Positions 56,429 to 64,000 of a stretch of 64,000 bases of DNA are shown here, in pieces (position 1 is the first letter of the stretch; each line of letters begins with the position of its first letter). The notes under the pieces are model-generated. The model made no database searches, had not been told where the DNA came from, and saw nothing but the letters and a program-made list of their open reading frames with translations. Source of the stretch: an uncultured Acidobacteriota bacterium (GTDB taxonomy: Bacteria > Acidobacteriota > Terriglobia > Acidiferrales > UBA7541); contig CAWJVF010000003.1 of assembly GCA_963846235.1 (NCBI GenBank), positions 205,372-269,371 of the forward strand, written 5' to 3'. Position numbers and translations under genes: made by a program.

Positions 56429-56676
56429 TGTATGGTCCGCCGCCGAGTTGCAAGCGGAAAGATGAGCTTGGCAGTTGGTCTGCGCCAATGTATTCGGCCT
56501 TTGGTGGAGTCAATGACTCCTGGCCTTGATGGACATCCGCTCGCCTTCGCCCCTATAAACTGGACGGTCTGGTTAGGACCTTTTCCGAAAGCAGGTTCCG
56601 AAAGCGTGGGATCGACCCATTGCCATCAACTCTCCGCAAGCAAACCGGGAAGGAACTTTTTTCTAAACCGGGATTT
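56429..56676 (-). ncRNA. candidate bridge/seek guide RNA locus in the IS 3' non-coding end
   Basis: 248-bp non-coding end conserved in both IS copies. It contains two TTCCGAAAG motifs (56583-56591, 56596-56604) and AAACTGG (56557-56563) matching the target core, and AATGTAT (56487-56493) matching the IS left junction. No structure was computed. Confidence 0.35.
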
Positions 56677-57708
56677 TTAGGTGGACACAGCAAGGACGGG
56701 AGCGCGATAGCGTTCCCCCTTGCACAACACGGCCCAGGCCATTCGGACTAGCTTATTGGCCAACGCTACGATGACCACGTTCTGGTGTTTGCGAGCCAAC
56801 AATTGAGCCAACCACGAACTGAGACCCGGAGCCTGCCGGTGTCGCTGCTGCAGGACGCTGCGTGCGCCCTGCACGAAGAGTCGTCGTAGGTAGGAGTTGC
56901 CGCGTTTGCTGATGCCCAGTAAGGTTTGCTTTCCTCCGCTGGAATGCTCGCCGGGCACCATGCCGATCCAGGCCGCTAGGTCTCGACCTCTGCCAAACGC
57001 ACTCCCGTTACCCACGGCAGCGATCACGGCGGTGGCCGTGACTGGGCCCACTCCTGGGATGGTGGTGAGTCGCTGGCAGGCCTCATCCTCTTTGGCTCTT
57101 TCCAGGATAGCCACATCCAGCTGATCAATGCGTGCGGAGAGTTGCTCGAGTTCCAGCTTCAGCTGAGCCAACAACAGCCGAAACGAACCCGATAACGGCA
57201 ACTCGGCATCTTCCAAGATCCGCGGCAGAGCTTCCTCCACATAACGTCGGCCTTTGGGTAGTGTCAATCCACGTTCTAGAAGAAGACTGCGGATCTGGTT
57301 GACCACCGCCGTGCGTCGCATGACCCAGCGTTCCCGCACGCGATGCAGCGTTTGCAAATCCAGCTGCTCCTCGCTCTTAATTGGCACAAAACGCATCCGC
57401 GGCCGTTGCACTGCTTCGGCTATAGCTTCCGCATCGATGTAGTCGCTCTTGTTGGTCTGCACGTACGGCTTCACGTACTGCGCGGGCATCAATCGCACGT
57501 CGTGTCCCTGATCGCGCAGAGCGCGGCCCAGAAAGTGCGAGCCACTACAAGACTCCATGCCAATCAACTGCACTTGCAAAGTCGCGGTGAAGGCCAACAA
57601 CTGCCCGCGGGAACATCTCTTGCGAATTACCACCTTCCCAGTCGAATCCAAACCCACCAGATGGAAAACGGTCTTACCCAAATCGATGCCGAGTACGTGA
57701 AGTTTCAT
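56677..57708 (-). CDS. IS110 family DEDD transposase/recombinase
   Basis: MKLHVLGIDLGKTVFHLVGLD N-terminus and C-terminal IPGVGPVTATAVIAAVGNG...GISKRGNSYLRRL motif. AGGAGG upstream of the ATG at 57708. Confidence 0.9.
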   Translation of the reverse strand: MKLHVLGIDLGKTVFHLVGLDSTGKVVIRKRCSRGQLLAFTATLQVQLIGMESCSGSHFLGRALRDQGHDVRLMPAQYVKPYVQTNKSDYIDAEAIAEAVQRPRMRFVPIKSEEQLDLQTLHRVRERWVMRRTAVVNQIRSLLLERGLTLPKGRRYVEEALPRILEDAELPLSGSFRLLLAQLKLELEQLSARIDQLDVAILERAKEDEACQRLTTIPGVGPVTATAVIAAVGNGSAFGRGRDLAAWIGMVPGEHSSGGKQTLLGISKRGNSYLRRLFVQGARSVLQQRHRQAPGLSSWLAQLLARKHQNVVIVALANKLVRMAWAVLCKGERYRAPVLAVST

Positions 57709-57769
57709 GGAATGCCTCCTGGCCCCGGACTCTACACTCAAAGAGTCTCGGCGGCGGACCATCCCATTA

Positions 57770-57822
57770 ACTGGGATTTCCGAATCCCACATTCCGAAAA
57801 TCCCGTTTGTCAGGAGTTGGCT
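57770..57822 (+). repeat. cassette-type repeat copy H, right arm
   Basis: ACTGGGATTTCCGAATCCCACATTCCGAAAATCCCGTTTGTCAGGAGTTGGCT. The outer end CAGGAGTTGGC is the complement of the left-arm start GCCAAGTCCTG with one mismatch. Confidence 0.75.
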
Positions 57823-57949
57823 TTAGTCAAGTGAGACTGTACTTCGGAACAGTATAGGTTTCGACAGTGATTCAGGACTTTAATCTCAAAGCCTCACTCT
57901 CCCAGTTAAAATCGACTCTCGTGGCGATTCGCAGGCGGAGGGACGACGA

Positions 57950-58432
57950 ATGAATGCGACCCAAACGATGACATCTCCCGTCCACACGGCTCACAAGCCT
58001 ATTCGAGTGTTTTGGAAATGGTCTTTCTTCATCACGGCCATAGTGCTTGCTTTCTTTATGTGGCAGTGCGGTTCGGGACTCCTTCAGGGTCGGCGTTCGT
58101 CGAACGAGGCCGTTCGACAATTCCACCAACAGCTAAATGCTGGTGAGTATGAGCTAATCTGTCAGGAAGCCAGCGAGGGCTTTACGCGTTCGGCCAAACA
58201 CGATGAATTAGTGAACTTCCTCAATGGGGTGCATACGAAACTCGGCTCTGCAGCAAGCGAAAGCCTCCTCAATATCGGCGTCAATGCGAATACAAACGGA
58301 ACTTTCATCACCACTCGCTATAACACGCAATTCGCAAATGGGTCAGCTGTTGAGACATTCACTTGGATAAAGTCAGCGGGCACCTTGAAACTACACGGAT
58401 ACAACGTGCAGTCTCAAGCGCTCCTCAAGTGA
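57950..58432 (+). CDS. membrane-anchored hypothetical cassette protein
   Basis: N-terminal TM segment FWKWSFFITAIVLAFFMW. 160 aa. Confidence 0.5.
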   Translation: MNATQTMTSPVHTAHKPIRVFWKWSFFITAIVLAFFMWQCGSGLLQGRRSSNEAVRQFHQQLNAGEYELICQEASEGFTRSAKHDELVNFLNGVHTKLGSAASESLLNIGVNANTNGTFITTRYNTQFANGSAVETFTWIKSAGTLKLHGYNVQSQALLK

Positions 58433-58543
58433 AAAGGGTCCTTCTCCAAGAAGGCCGCACCGCCAGACCTACCGATTGTGTAGGAGTCGGTTGGTACTGG
58501 TAGTCTAGGCTGAGATTCGGCCATACCTTCAAACGAGGACACG

Positions 58544-59122
58544 ATGCCATATTCGTGGCGGCGGCTGATATTGGGACTCGTGGTTGGTGGCTCTGTTTTT
58601 TGGGGTGTCATGACACTCCTGCGAACGTCGCGTTTGATTCCGCCACCCCCAAGAGATACGCAAGCCAACACTTGTCTATCTGGCAGTACGTGTATCGTTA
58701 CGTTGGGAGACGAAAGCTATACGGTACAGGGACCTTGCGACGTCACAAGCGTCTCTTCAATCAGTACTTGCCATGTGCTGTTCACTCTTCCGAAGGGCAC
58801 GATCGACGATGCCCGTCTCGCCATGCTCCCGTTCATGGTCTTCTTATGGGCTTTAGCGTGGTGTCTGCGCTATATGCCACCGCGCATCACGAACCCATGG
58901 ATAAAGGTGCCGTTAATCGTGTTATTAGCCGTTGGAACTGGCGGGCCCGCGATAGGTGAGCTCGTCGTTTTTCGTGCGAGGGCTGGAATTAAAGGAGAAC
59001 TGTTCAAAGGAGACCCCTTTTCGTTCGCAATTTTTATTGCTGGAGAACTTCTCGTCCTCTGTATCATGTTCAGCAGCGCAACCGCTCGGAAGAAAAGACA
59101 GCAAATTATAAAACCCGCCTAA
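58544..59122 (+). CDS. integral membrane hypothetical protein
   Basis: 192 aa with four hydrophobic segments. Confidence 0.5.
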   Translation: MPYSWRRLILGLVVGGSVFWGVMTLLRTSRLIPPPPRDTQANTCLSGSTCIVTLGDESYTVQGPCDVTSVSSISTCHVLFTLPKGTIDDARLAMLPFMVFLWALAWCLRYMPPRITNPWIKVPLIVLLAVGTGGPAIGELVVFRARAGIKGELFKGDPFSFAIFIAGELLVLCIMFSSATARKKRQQIIKPA

Positions 59123-59186
59123 GAAGTGTACGTCTGAGACCTCGACTCTGGAGCCATCGCAAGCCCGCGGGCTCTTCTTTTGAAAC

Positions 59187-59216
59187 GCCAAGTCCTGGAA
59201 AGTCGTCTTTCCGGAA
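59187..59216 (+). repeat. cassette-type repeat copy I, left arm (split by IS copy 2)
   Basis: GCCAAGTCCTGGAAAGTCGTCTTTCCGGAA. Confidence 0.75.
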
Positions 59217-60546
59217 TGTATGGTCCGCCGCCGAGTTGCAAGCGGAAAGATGAGCTTGGCAATTGGTCTGCGCCAATGTATTCGGCCTTCAGTGGAGTCA
59301 GCGACTCCGGGCCTTGATGGACATCCGCTCGCCTTCGCCCCTATAAACTGGACGGTCTGGTTAGGACCTTTTCCGAAATCAGGTTCCGAAAGCGTGGGAT
59401 CGACCCATTGCCATCTTTCCGCGAGCAAACCGGTGAGAGAACTGTTTTCTAAACCGGGGTTTTAGGTGGCAAGAACGGGAGCGCGATAGCTTTCGTTCTT
59501 GTACAACACCGCCCAGGCCATTCGGACCACCTTATTAGCCAGTGCTACGACGACAACATTCTGGTGTTTGCGAGCCAGCAATTGCGCTAGCCAGGAGCTA
59601 AGACCGGGAGCCTGCCGGTGTCGTTGTTGCAAGACGCTGCGGGCGCCTTGTACGAAGAGGCGTCGCAAGTAGGAGTTACCTCGCTTGCTGATGCCCAGTA
59701 ACGTTTGCTTTCCGCCGCTGGAATGCTCGCTCGGCACCATGCCGACCCACGCCGCCAAATCTCGGCCCCTTTTAAAAGCGCTTCCGTTACCAACCGCAGC
59801 AATCAGAGCGGTGGCAGTGACTGGGCCCACTCCTGGAATCGCGGTGAGTCGCTGACAGGCGTCATCCTCTTTGGCTCTTTTCAGGATGACTGCATCCAGC
59901 TGATCGATGCGTGCGGAGAGTTGCTCGAGTTCCAGCTTCAGCTGAGCCAACAGCAGCCGAAACGAGCCCGCCAGCGCAACTCTGCATCTTCTAGGATCCG
60001 TGGCAAGGCTTCCTCCACATAACTTCGGCCCTTGGGTAATGTGAATCCGCGTTCCAAAAGGAGGCTGCGGATCTGGTTCACTACGGCCGTGCGTCGCATC
60101 ACCCAACGCTCACGCACTCGATGGAGAGCTTGCAGATCCAGTTGCTCTTCCGACTTGATCGGCACAAACCGCATCCGCGGCCGTTGCACCGCTTCCGCTA
60201 TAGCTTCCGCATCGATGTAATCGCTCTTGTTGGTCTGCACATAAGGTTTCACGTACTGCGCGGGCATCAACCGCACCTGGTGCCCCTGATCGCGCAGAGC
60301 GCGGCCCAGAAAATGCGAGCCACTACAAGACTCCATGCCAATCAACTGCACTTGCAAATTCGCGGTGAAGGTCAGTAACTGTCGGCGGGAACATCTCTTG
60401 CGAATCACTACCTTCCCAGTCGAATCCAAACCCACCAGATGGAAAACCGTTTTACCCAGGTCAATGCCGAGTACATGTAGTTTCATGGAATGCCTCCTGG
60501 CCCCGGACTCTACACTTCAAAGTCTCGGCGGCGGACCATCCCATTA
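59217..60546 (-). mobile_element. IS110 family insertion sequence, copy 2 (about 1.33 kb), defective
   Basis: Collinear with copy 1 across its whole length with scattered substitutions. Same ends (TGTATGGTCCGCC ... GGACCATCCCATTA). Confidence 0.85.
59462..60486 (-). pseudogene. IS110 family transposase, frameshifted
   Basis: Split into 182-aa and 214-aa ORFs. Compared with copy 1 there is a 1-bp deletion in the segment encoding AELPLSGSF (about 59975-59990). Confidence 0.85.
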
Positions 60547-60600
60547 ACTGGCTTTCCGCTGATTTCCAGTTGCCAAAAATCCCGTTTCGCAGGACTCGTG
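60547..60600 (+). repeat. cassette-type repeat copy I, right arm
   Basis: ACTGGCTTTCCGCTGATTTCCAGTTGCCAAAAATCCCGTTTCGCAGGACTCGTG. Confidence 0.75.
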
Positions 60601-60829
60601 CATCCCGGCAAGAACAAACTTCCAGCTAATCGTTCTGTTCCACTTCCATTGTCAGCCTAGCACAGCCAGTGCGAAACTGTAAGGCTGCGCTTACGAGCGG
60701 AATTCACCAGAGTGCCTCACTGGCGATAACGATGGTCCCAATCGGCTAGGTCTATACTAAGGCCCGTTTTAGCGTCACACGGTTTTTATATCTCCGGCGG
60801 GTTGTCATAGCAGGTTCGTCGCCGAACAT

Positions 60830-62554
60830 CTAATGCTTTGCGGTAGCACCCTGCTCGTGAGATTCCATGGTGCTCCCCATCAGCACGATCAGGCCGTCCG
60901 CAAGAGTGCCCCGCCAACTCAAGTAATCGTGCCCACCTACGAATTCCTGGTAGTGAACTTCATATCCTTTAGCGAGGAGCACATCGCGCATGTGCCGGTT
61001 AGGCACCAAAATGGCACCACCGTGCCCTGTTACATCAATTTCATCGCTGCCCGCATCGATATAAAATCGCAGCGGCAGATGAGGACTCATGATGTATTGA
61101 TTTGCCAACCAATTGGGTTCGGCATTCGGATCGAAATCATCGGGGTTGTCATTCCGTGGCGGCGTCCACCAATAAGAGCCTGATTGCGAGAGAATGTTTC
61201 CGAATGTCTCCGGGTGACGGAATCCCGCATAAGCAGCCGCGAGCCCACCATAACTCGACCCGCCAACGACGGTCTGCTGCGGATCATTGGTGATGTTAAA
61301 CAATCGCCGTACCCATGGAACTAGCTCAAAGTTCAAAAAATCGGCGAAAGTGGGGTTGCAAGGAAGCTCGCGGGATCGCGCATCTCCGTTGGGATTGTCG
61401 ATCAGCACCGCAACCATTCGCGGAATCCGATTTTCAGCAATAAGGTTATCGAGAATTGTAGGTGTGGGAATAATCTTGTCGTCCGTGTAAGGCTTTTCAT
61501 CAAAGAGAACAATCAGACCGTAAGGTTTTGCATCACTTGAATATCCCGGTGGTGTATAGACCGTGACTTCACGTTCATTCTTCAGTAGGGCGCTTTTGAA
61601 CTGGTGTTTCTCGACTTTACCCGTGGGCACGCCTTTTCGTTGTGCGACCCACGGCTGAGTTGGTGCGCCGGGCATTTCAACGGCTGAGACACCCAAGTGC
61701 TCGGGAACGTCGGGATTTAACGGATTTATGAGCCAGTGTTTCTGGTTGAGCGGGTCCACTTGGGCCGCCGCGAACGCGAACATGGTGGTCTCGTCAGACG
61801 GGTCCTGGAATGGACGAATTGGAGGACCATTTACGACGAGTTGGTAGATAAATCTTTTCCGTTTATCTACCGGCACGCTTCTGTACCAGACATTCGTTTC
61901 GCCAACTCGAATCAGCCGATAATCATCCGGGCGTTCAACAACAAAGGGATACCACAACACCGTCACGTTTTTAGTGTTTGCGTTTCCCTGCCACAGAAAC
62001 GTGACGAGCATCTCCTTTTCATTGCCTTCTAGCGGCTCAATCAAGGGCGCGCCCTTCGCTTTGACATCTTGCCAGAACGTTTCGATAGCATTTGCCTGCC
62101 CCTGATCTAGGGCGGTCCTGAATGCCTTGATTCGCGGGCTCTGGTATTTGTCGCCGACTGGAGCGATTCGATCTGCCAGGGCGACGATTCTTGTGAGCGT
62201 AATTGTGTACGATCCCTCTTTTGTAGTCGCGTCCAGAGCCACTTCGAGCCGGTATCCACCTGGATCATCGGCAATGAACTGAATTTTCCGGCCCGGGCCA
62301 TCGAAGCGGAAACCACGCACTTTGCTGCCGGAGGGACCGTAGATGGTGATGATGAGTTTGCTTCCATGCGTCACGACATTCGTTTCAGCCAGATCGCCTG
62401 CTTTCAATGTCAGAGAGTACGAGTCGGTTTTCGGGGCACTCAATGTGCCATCATGAGCTTTCCCGCCTTGGAGTTCGGTATCTGCTGCCCACGATCCTAA
62501 GCAGCTAACGAGGAGAAGCAGGACGGGTGTGAGGAGGGAGAATCTCTTGAGCAC
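60830..62554 (-). CDS. exported esterase (enterochelin-esterase-like alpha/beta hydrolase) with N-terminal beta-sandwich domains
   Basis: Signal peptide. GGSSYGGLAA nucleophile elbow. C-terminal His region GGHDY. Confidence 0.8.
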   Translation of the reverse strand: MLKRFSLLTPVLLLLVSCLGSWAADTELQGGKAHDGTLSAPKTDSYSLTLKAGDLAETNVVTHGSKLIITIYGPSGSKVRGFRFDGPGRKIQFIADDPGGYRLEVALDATTKEGSYTITLTRIVALADRIAPVGDKYQSPRIKAFRTALDQGQANAIETFWQDVKAKGAPLIEPLEGNEKEMLVTFLWQGNANTKNVTVLWYPFVVERPDDYRLIRVGETNVWYRSVPVDKRKRFIYQLVVNGPPIRPFQDPSDETTMFAFAAAQVDPLNQKHWLINPLNPDVPEHLGVSAVEMPGAPTQPWVAQRKGVPTGKVEKHQFKSALLKNEREVTVYTPPGYSSDAKPYGLIVLFDEKPYTDDKIIPTPTILDNLIAENRIPRMVAVLIDNPNGDARSRELPCNPTFADFLNFELVPWVRRLFNITNDPQQTVVGGSSYGGLAAAYAGFRHPETFGNILSQSGSYWWTPPRNDNPDDFDPNAEPNWLANQYIMSPHLPLRFYIDAGSDEIDVTGHGGAILVPNRHMRDVLLAKGYEVHYQEFVGGHDYLSWRGTLADGLIVLMGSTMESHEQGATAKH

Positions 62555-62675
62555 TGTGTCCTCCTATGAGCACGAAGGATTTGGCGCAAGACTATCACGG
62601 GTTGGTCTAAACCGCGGCAGAGCGTGGGCCGGGGCCACAGGTTCTGGAACTGACAATTACGCAGAAGCTTCTCGG

Positions 62676-63137
62676 CTATTCAACGCGGACCAGTTTTATG
62701 ACTGCTCCCGATGGCTTCTGAGTCAACACCAGCGCCTTCCCATTTACGGCGAATTCGTACTGGTTGCTTGCGCCTATGACGAACGCGCTCTTTGCCACCG
62801 TGGCTTTCGTTGTCAGCATGTTGGCGGTCACTGTGTACGTGCCGGAATTGAGGTAAATCGCATTAAAGACCGCTACCTTGTCAGCGTCGGTTGCCTTGTC
62901 ATTTGAGGGATAGTTGGGCAGTGGTCCCGTGCCGTTGATCCTCATGAAACTGTAGTGTTGTTCCGTAAAAATGTACAGACCCGGCTGAGGATTGGTGATC
63001 GGCGGCCTGCTCGCGTCGTCGATCTCCGTAACCCTCCAAGCTCCCACGAGCGGATTTCGCGTTGCCGGAGATTGACCATAGATTGTCACCGCAACAGCAA
63101 ACAACACGAGAAGTGTAATTCCGATCAGTCGGCGCAC
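62676..63137 (-). CDS. exported lipocalin-like domain protein
   Basis: Signal peptide, then LVGAWRVTEI..., typical of the lipocalin-like domain family. 153 aa. Confidence 0.55.
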   Translation of the reverse strand: MRRLIGITLLVLFAVAVTIYGQSPATRNPLVGAWRVTEIDDASRPPITNPQPGLYIFTEQHYSFMRINGTGPLPNYPSNDKATDADKVAVFNAIYLNSGTYTVTANMLTTKATVAKSAFVIGASNQYEFAVNGKALVLTQKPSGAVIKLVRVE

Positions 63138-63185
63138 TGGAGCCTCCTTTCCGTGTTTCTAGCCTGACGTTACTAAAGGTATTTG

Positions 63186-63440
63186 TTAGCCCTTCGCTTT
63201 CGCGGCCTCGCGCTTGCGCTGTAGGAACGCTTTCCGAACGCCACGACCGATCTTTGCCTTCATTGCCGCCGACATCGGCATTGATACGCGTGTACGTGTT
63301 GCCCCACCGTTGGCACTGGGGCCGCTGCCGTTTGAGAGAATCGCAATGGCTTTGTCAATGCGTCCGAGTTCACGTGCGAGTTCGCTGCGCCTGCTCTTCA
63401 ACGTCGAAATTACATCGTTCATTCGGGTTGTTGCCTCCAC
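63186..63440 (-). CDS. small basic hypothetical protein
   Basis: 84-aa ORF with no motif. Confidence 0.4.
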   Translation of the reverse strand: MEATTRMNDVISTLKSRRSELARELGRIDKAIAILSNGSGPSANGGATRTRVSMPMSAAMKAKIGRGVRKAFLQRKREAAKAKG

Positions 63441-63628
63441 TGAGATTCTATCCTAAACGCGACGCCAAAATAAGAAGTGGAGGCGGAAGCCGATGAATAG
63501 CGGGCCTCTAAGCGCCGATTGAATCTCGGGTCCGGGTCGGCGGCCTCTTCATCTTTCCTAATGCTTCCTGAAAATGCTCGGGTCATGGCTGTGGGCCAGT
63601 TGTGGGAAAATGGGATTTGGAGGCAAAC

Positions 63629-63805
63629 ATGGCGGCTAAAAGAGAACCCTCCAAGAAGGTTGTTGATAAGCACGCGAAGTTTCTTGCGGCATGGGAAGCG
63701 GCGGGATTCCCGGACAAATTTGAGTACGAAGGAACAACGCTTAATAACGTGCGGTCAACCGCTGACTGGTACCGAGAACAAAAGCTAAGAGCCGCCAGGG
63801 ACTAG
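63629..63805 (+). CDS. small hypothetical cassette protein
   Basis: Start MAAKREPSKK. The TAG stop codon lies inside the start of repeat copy G. Confidence 0.35.
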   Translation: MAAKREPSKKVVDKHAKFLAAWEAAGFPDKFEYEGTTLNNVRSTADWYREQKLRAARD

Positions 63806-63872
63806 GCATTCCCGAAGTGTGGCCCGGCTGAAATCCCAGTTTCCGGAAATCCCGTTTCTCAGGCACTAGGAT
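63800..63872 (+). repeat. cassette-type repeat copy G
   Basis: GACTAGGCATTCCCGAAGTGTGGCCCGGCTGAAATCCCAGTTTCCGGAAATCCCGTTTCTCAGGCACTAGG. Confidence 0.7.
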
Positions 63873-64000
63873 TCGCCCCCTGAAGTGACAGTCCATCCGC
63901 TACGGTCACGGCTAGGCAAGCAAGCATTCAGGGGCTGCCCGCTATCGTGCGAAATTGCTTCTGAGATAGAATCCCCGCTGCCCGGAGGCTGTTTTTATGC

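Larger units (their letters stand above)
56429..57769 (-). mobile_element. IS110 family (IS1111-subgroup-like) insertion sequence, copy 1, about 1.34 kb
   Basis: Boundaries (plus or minus 2 bp) come from comparison with copy 2 and with empty copy E. A 14-bp subterminal inverted repeat GGTCCGCCGCCGAG lies at 56434-56447 and 57747-57760. There is a long non-coding end 3' of the transposase gene. Confidence 0.85.

Noticed and set aside
57770-57822. The conserved AATCCCGTTT motif as a solo IS end or MITE derived from the IS110 element
   Set aside because: The uninterrupted copy E runs continuously across the insertion point (CGGAAACTGG). The motif lies outside the IS boundaries shared by both IS copies, so it is the target rather than part of the element.

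Overview
The window splits into a GC-rich core segment (1 to about 12.9 kb) and a lower-GC accessory segment that runs to the window end. The gene content fits a soil bacterium, possibly Acidobacteriota, but that is a low-confidence inference.

Core segment:
- two divergent paralogous di-haem c-type cytochromes
- a YfiR-like gene, a hybrid histidine kinase and a REC-GGDEF signalling operon
- an S9 peptidase and an M61 peptidase

Accessory part 1 (about 13-39.3 kb) looks like an integrated plasmid- or phage-like element. It contains:
- an orphan REC protein
- a minimal ATP-dependent DNA ligase and an AlbA_2-like protein
- a TcmP / mini-PolX / DUF5131 (Gp37/Gp68) operon
- a secreted trypsin-like protease convergent with a 1.7-kaa TPR-CHAT protein
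- exported proteins and small ORFans
- a primase-polymerase/helicase gene followed by an iteron-type origin
- tandem repeats, and an RHH plus small serine recombinase module

Accessory part 2 (39.8-50.4 kb) encodes exported hydrolases: a giant transglutaminase, a beta-lactamase-family hydrolase, an S41 peptidase and three exported hypotheticals.

Accessory part 3 (50.5-63.9 kb) is the most unusual region.
- Nine same-orientation copies of a 60-85 bp imperfect-palindromic repeat separate single small ORFs or small ORF groups, in the manner of an integron cassette array.
- No integrase lies in the window.
- Two IS110/IS1111-type insertion sequences sit at the same position in two repeat copies. 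One is intact and one is frameshifted.
- One cassette carries a reverse-oriented pair of ATPase genes.

At least five genes carry single frameshifts. This could be real decay or assembly indels. No rRNA, tRNA or CRISPR array was found.
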